A stretch of DNA of 64,000 nt from Basidiobolus meristosporus CBS 931.73. Its lineage: Eukaryota; Fungi; Basidiobolomycota. The stretch spans positions 87,762 to 151,761 of the forward strand of contig MCFE01000155.1 of assembly GCA_002104905.1 (NCBI GenBank), in the 5' to 3' direction. Positions 62,621 through 64,000 of the stretch are shown here, in pieces. A model generated the notes under the pieces. That model was not told the DNA's origin. It saw only the letters and a list, made by a program, of their open reading frames with translations, and ran no database searches. Each line of letters opens with the position of its first letter. Position 1 is the first letter of the stretch. Both the position numbers and the translations under genes were made by a program.

Positions 62621-63560
62621 GTAGCTTTGATACAAGAGTGTGTAGCTGAGGGGAATTTGTAGGTAAGTTAATAAGAAGCGATGATAGTTCTTCTGTACTC
62701 AAGACACTGCTCAGTGGGAGGGGGGGTAGCAAGAGAGGTAAGAATGATTTGTGAACAACATTAATGAGGGGAATGTGATAAGGATTGATATTCATCATAA
62801 AGGGAGTGTGCTGCTGCAGATATTGCTGCCAAAGGTCTGTCAAGTACTTCAGGTAGGCCAGCTTGGGTTTTTCTGACTGCAGAATAAAATGAGAAAACTT
62901 CTTGACTTCAGGATCATCAAGTATACCCTATGAAAATAATTTGGTCCCACGGGTGGATCCAATCCGGATCAGCTGTCAAGATCCCATTTAGAGACCGTCA
63001 TAATAACAGCAGCTTGGAAATAGTGACCCTCCTAACAATCTTATGACAGGATCATAATGGTGTTTTGCTAATTTTACAACCAAATAAAGGGATAAAACTT
63101 GACAATACTTATCAGTGCTGTGACAATATTTGCATAGTATTGTTGCAATCTTTCAGCGCACTCTAACTATTTTAAGTGGATCCAGTTGGCCAGGACATCC
63201 AATTGCCTTATATGGCAAGAAACTTGACAGTATTTTGACGGCCTCACAGCAAAACTCTGATGGCATTCTATTGGCAGTATGACGGCCTACTGCTGGTTAT
63301 GTACAATGCTACTGTACCAATTTACCAAATGGTATTTCCTTTTTCTACCTCCCCTTGTGCAATTCATATATTCCACTGTAGAATCACCCCTCTTCATTTG
63401 CTTACCCACTATTACCTTGGGTATTCCACATATAGCTTGAATCAAAAAAAACTATGGCCTCCTGCTTACTAACCTCTACAAACACTCACACCTGCCACAA
63501 TTGACATACTTCTATCACCTCAACTTTACAGCTTTTTAGTGTGATGCTTGCAAAGTTGCC
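62621..63560. mobile_element. Possible decayed non-LTR retroelement debris between motif copies
   Basis: The plus strand has collinear, frameshifted fragments reminiscent of APE endonuclease motifs (DI..AL..QET-like at 63194, DGILLAV, NSYIP, TIDILLS). The minus strand has an open stretch of ~105 codons ending VLSTEELSSLLINLPTNSP. The resemblance is weak and no RT motif was seen. Confidence 0.28.
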
Positions 63561-63563
63561 AGA

Positions 63564-63696
63564 TACCTTGTACTGCTGGTAACATATACATCTTGCAAAC
63601 ATATGCTTGGTTGTTGCCACTTCTGCCATATACCTTGTACTGCTGGTAACAAATGCATCTTGCAAACATATGCTTGGTTGTTGCCACTTCTGCCAT
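63564..63696 (+). repeat. 67-bp tandem repeat, two copies
   Basis: TACCTTGTACTGCTGGTAACA...CATCTTGCAAACATATGCTTGGTTGTTGCCACTTCTGCCAT starts at 63564 and again at 63631, with two substitutions. Confidence 0.95.
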
Positions 63697-63773
63697 TAGG
63701 GTTAGGAGGGGAGACAGCCACCAACAGGTGAAATCTTTATTTCAGTTGAAACAAAGAAGCCAGCACTACTGTT
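63696..63773 (+). repeat. Terminal copy of the subtelomeric motif, bracketed by a TTAGGGTTAGG seed and the telomere
   Basis: TTAGGGTTAGGAGGG-GAGACAGCCACCAACAGGTGAAATCTTTATTTCAGTTGAAACAAAGAAGCCAGCACTACTGTT. It has three mismatches to the copy at 62558-62620. Confidence 0.92.
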
Positions 63774-64000
63774 AGGGTTAGGGTTAGGGTTAGGGTTAGG
63801 GTTAGGGTTAGGGTTAGGGTTAGGGTTAGGGTTAGGGTTAGGGTTAGGGTTAGGGTTAGGGTTAGGGTTAGGGTTAGGGTTAGGGTTAGGGTTAGGGTTA
63901 GGGTTAGGGTTAGGGTTAGGGTTAGGGTTAGGGTTAGGGTTAGGGTTAGGGTTAGGGTTAGGGTTAGGGTTAGGGTTAGGGTTAGGGTTAGGGTTAGGGT
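63772..64000 (+). repeat. Telomere, (TTAGGG)n, about 38 perfect units
   Basis: Uninterrupted TTAGGG repeats to the end of the window, with the G-rich strand pointing outward as expected for a right chromosome end. Confidence 0.99.

Overview
Intron-containing fungal DNA (short GT-AG introns, mostly about 50-90 nt) that ends in a chromosome tip: (TTAGGG)n runs from 63772 to the window end. The gene set and protein styles suggest an early-diverging, zygomycete-grade fungus; this is inference. The left end holds three intact secreted expansin-like (DPBB plus 6-Cys tail) genes and a probable decayed fourth copy on the opposite strand. The middle holds housekeeping and regulatory genes: MGE1, RPB5, a two-finger GATA factor, a UPF0390 protein, a MAPKK, a C2H2 factor, MRX11, a TDA3-like oxidoreductase, VPS13, a Pcl cyclin, RPS10, ribokinase, a GPCR, seipin and ADA2. 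Three Kre9/Knh1-like secreted proteins are dispersed among them. The last gene is an intronless SABATH-type carboxyl methyltransferase. Beyond it is a roughly 1.5-kb subtelomere built from a repeated dyad-containing motif, telomere-repeat seeds, a 67-bp tandem repeat and possible retroelement debris. No rRNA, tRNA or CRISPR array was recognised. All exon boundaries and family assignments were made by eye, without database searches.
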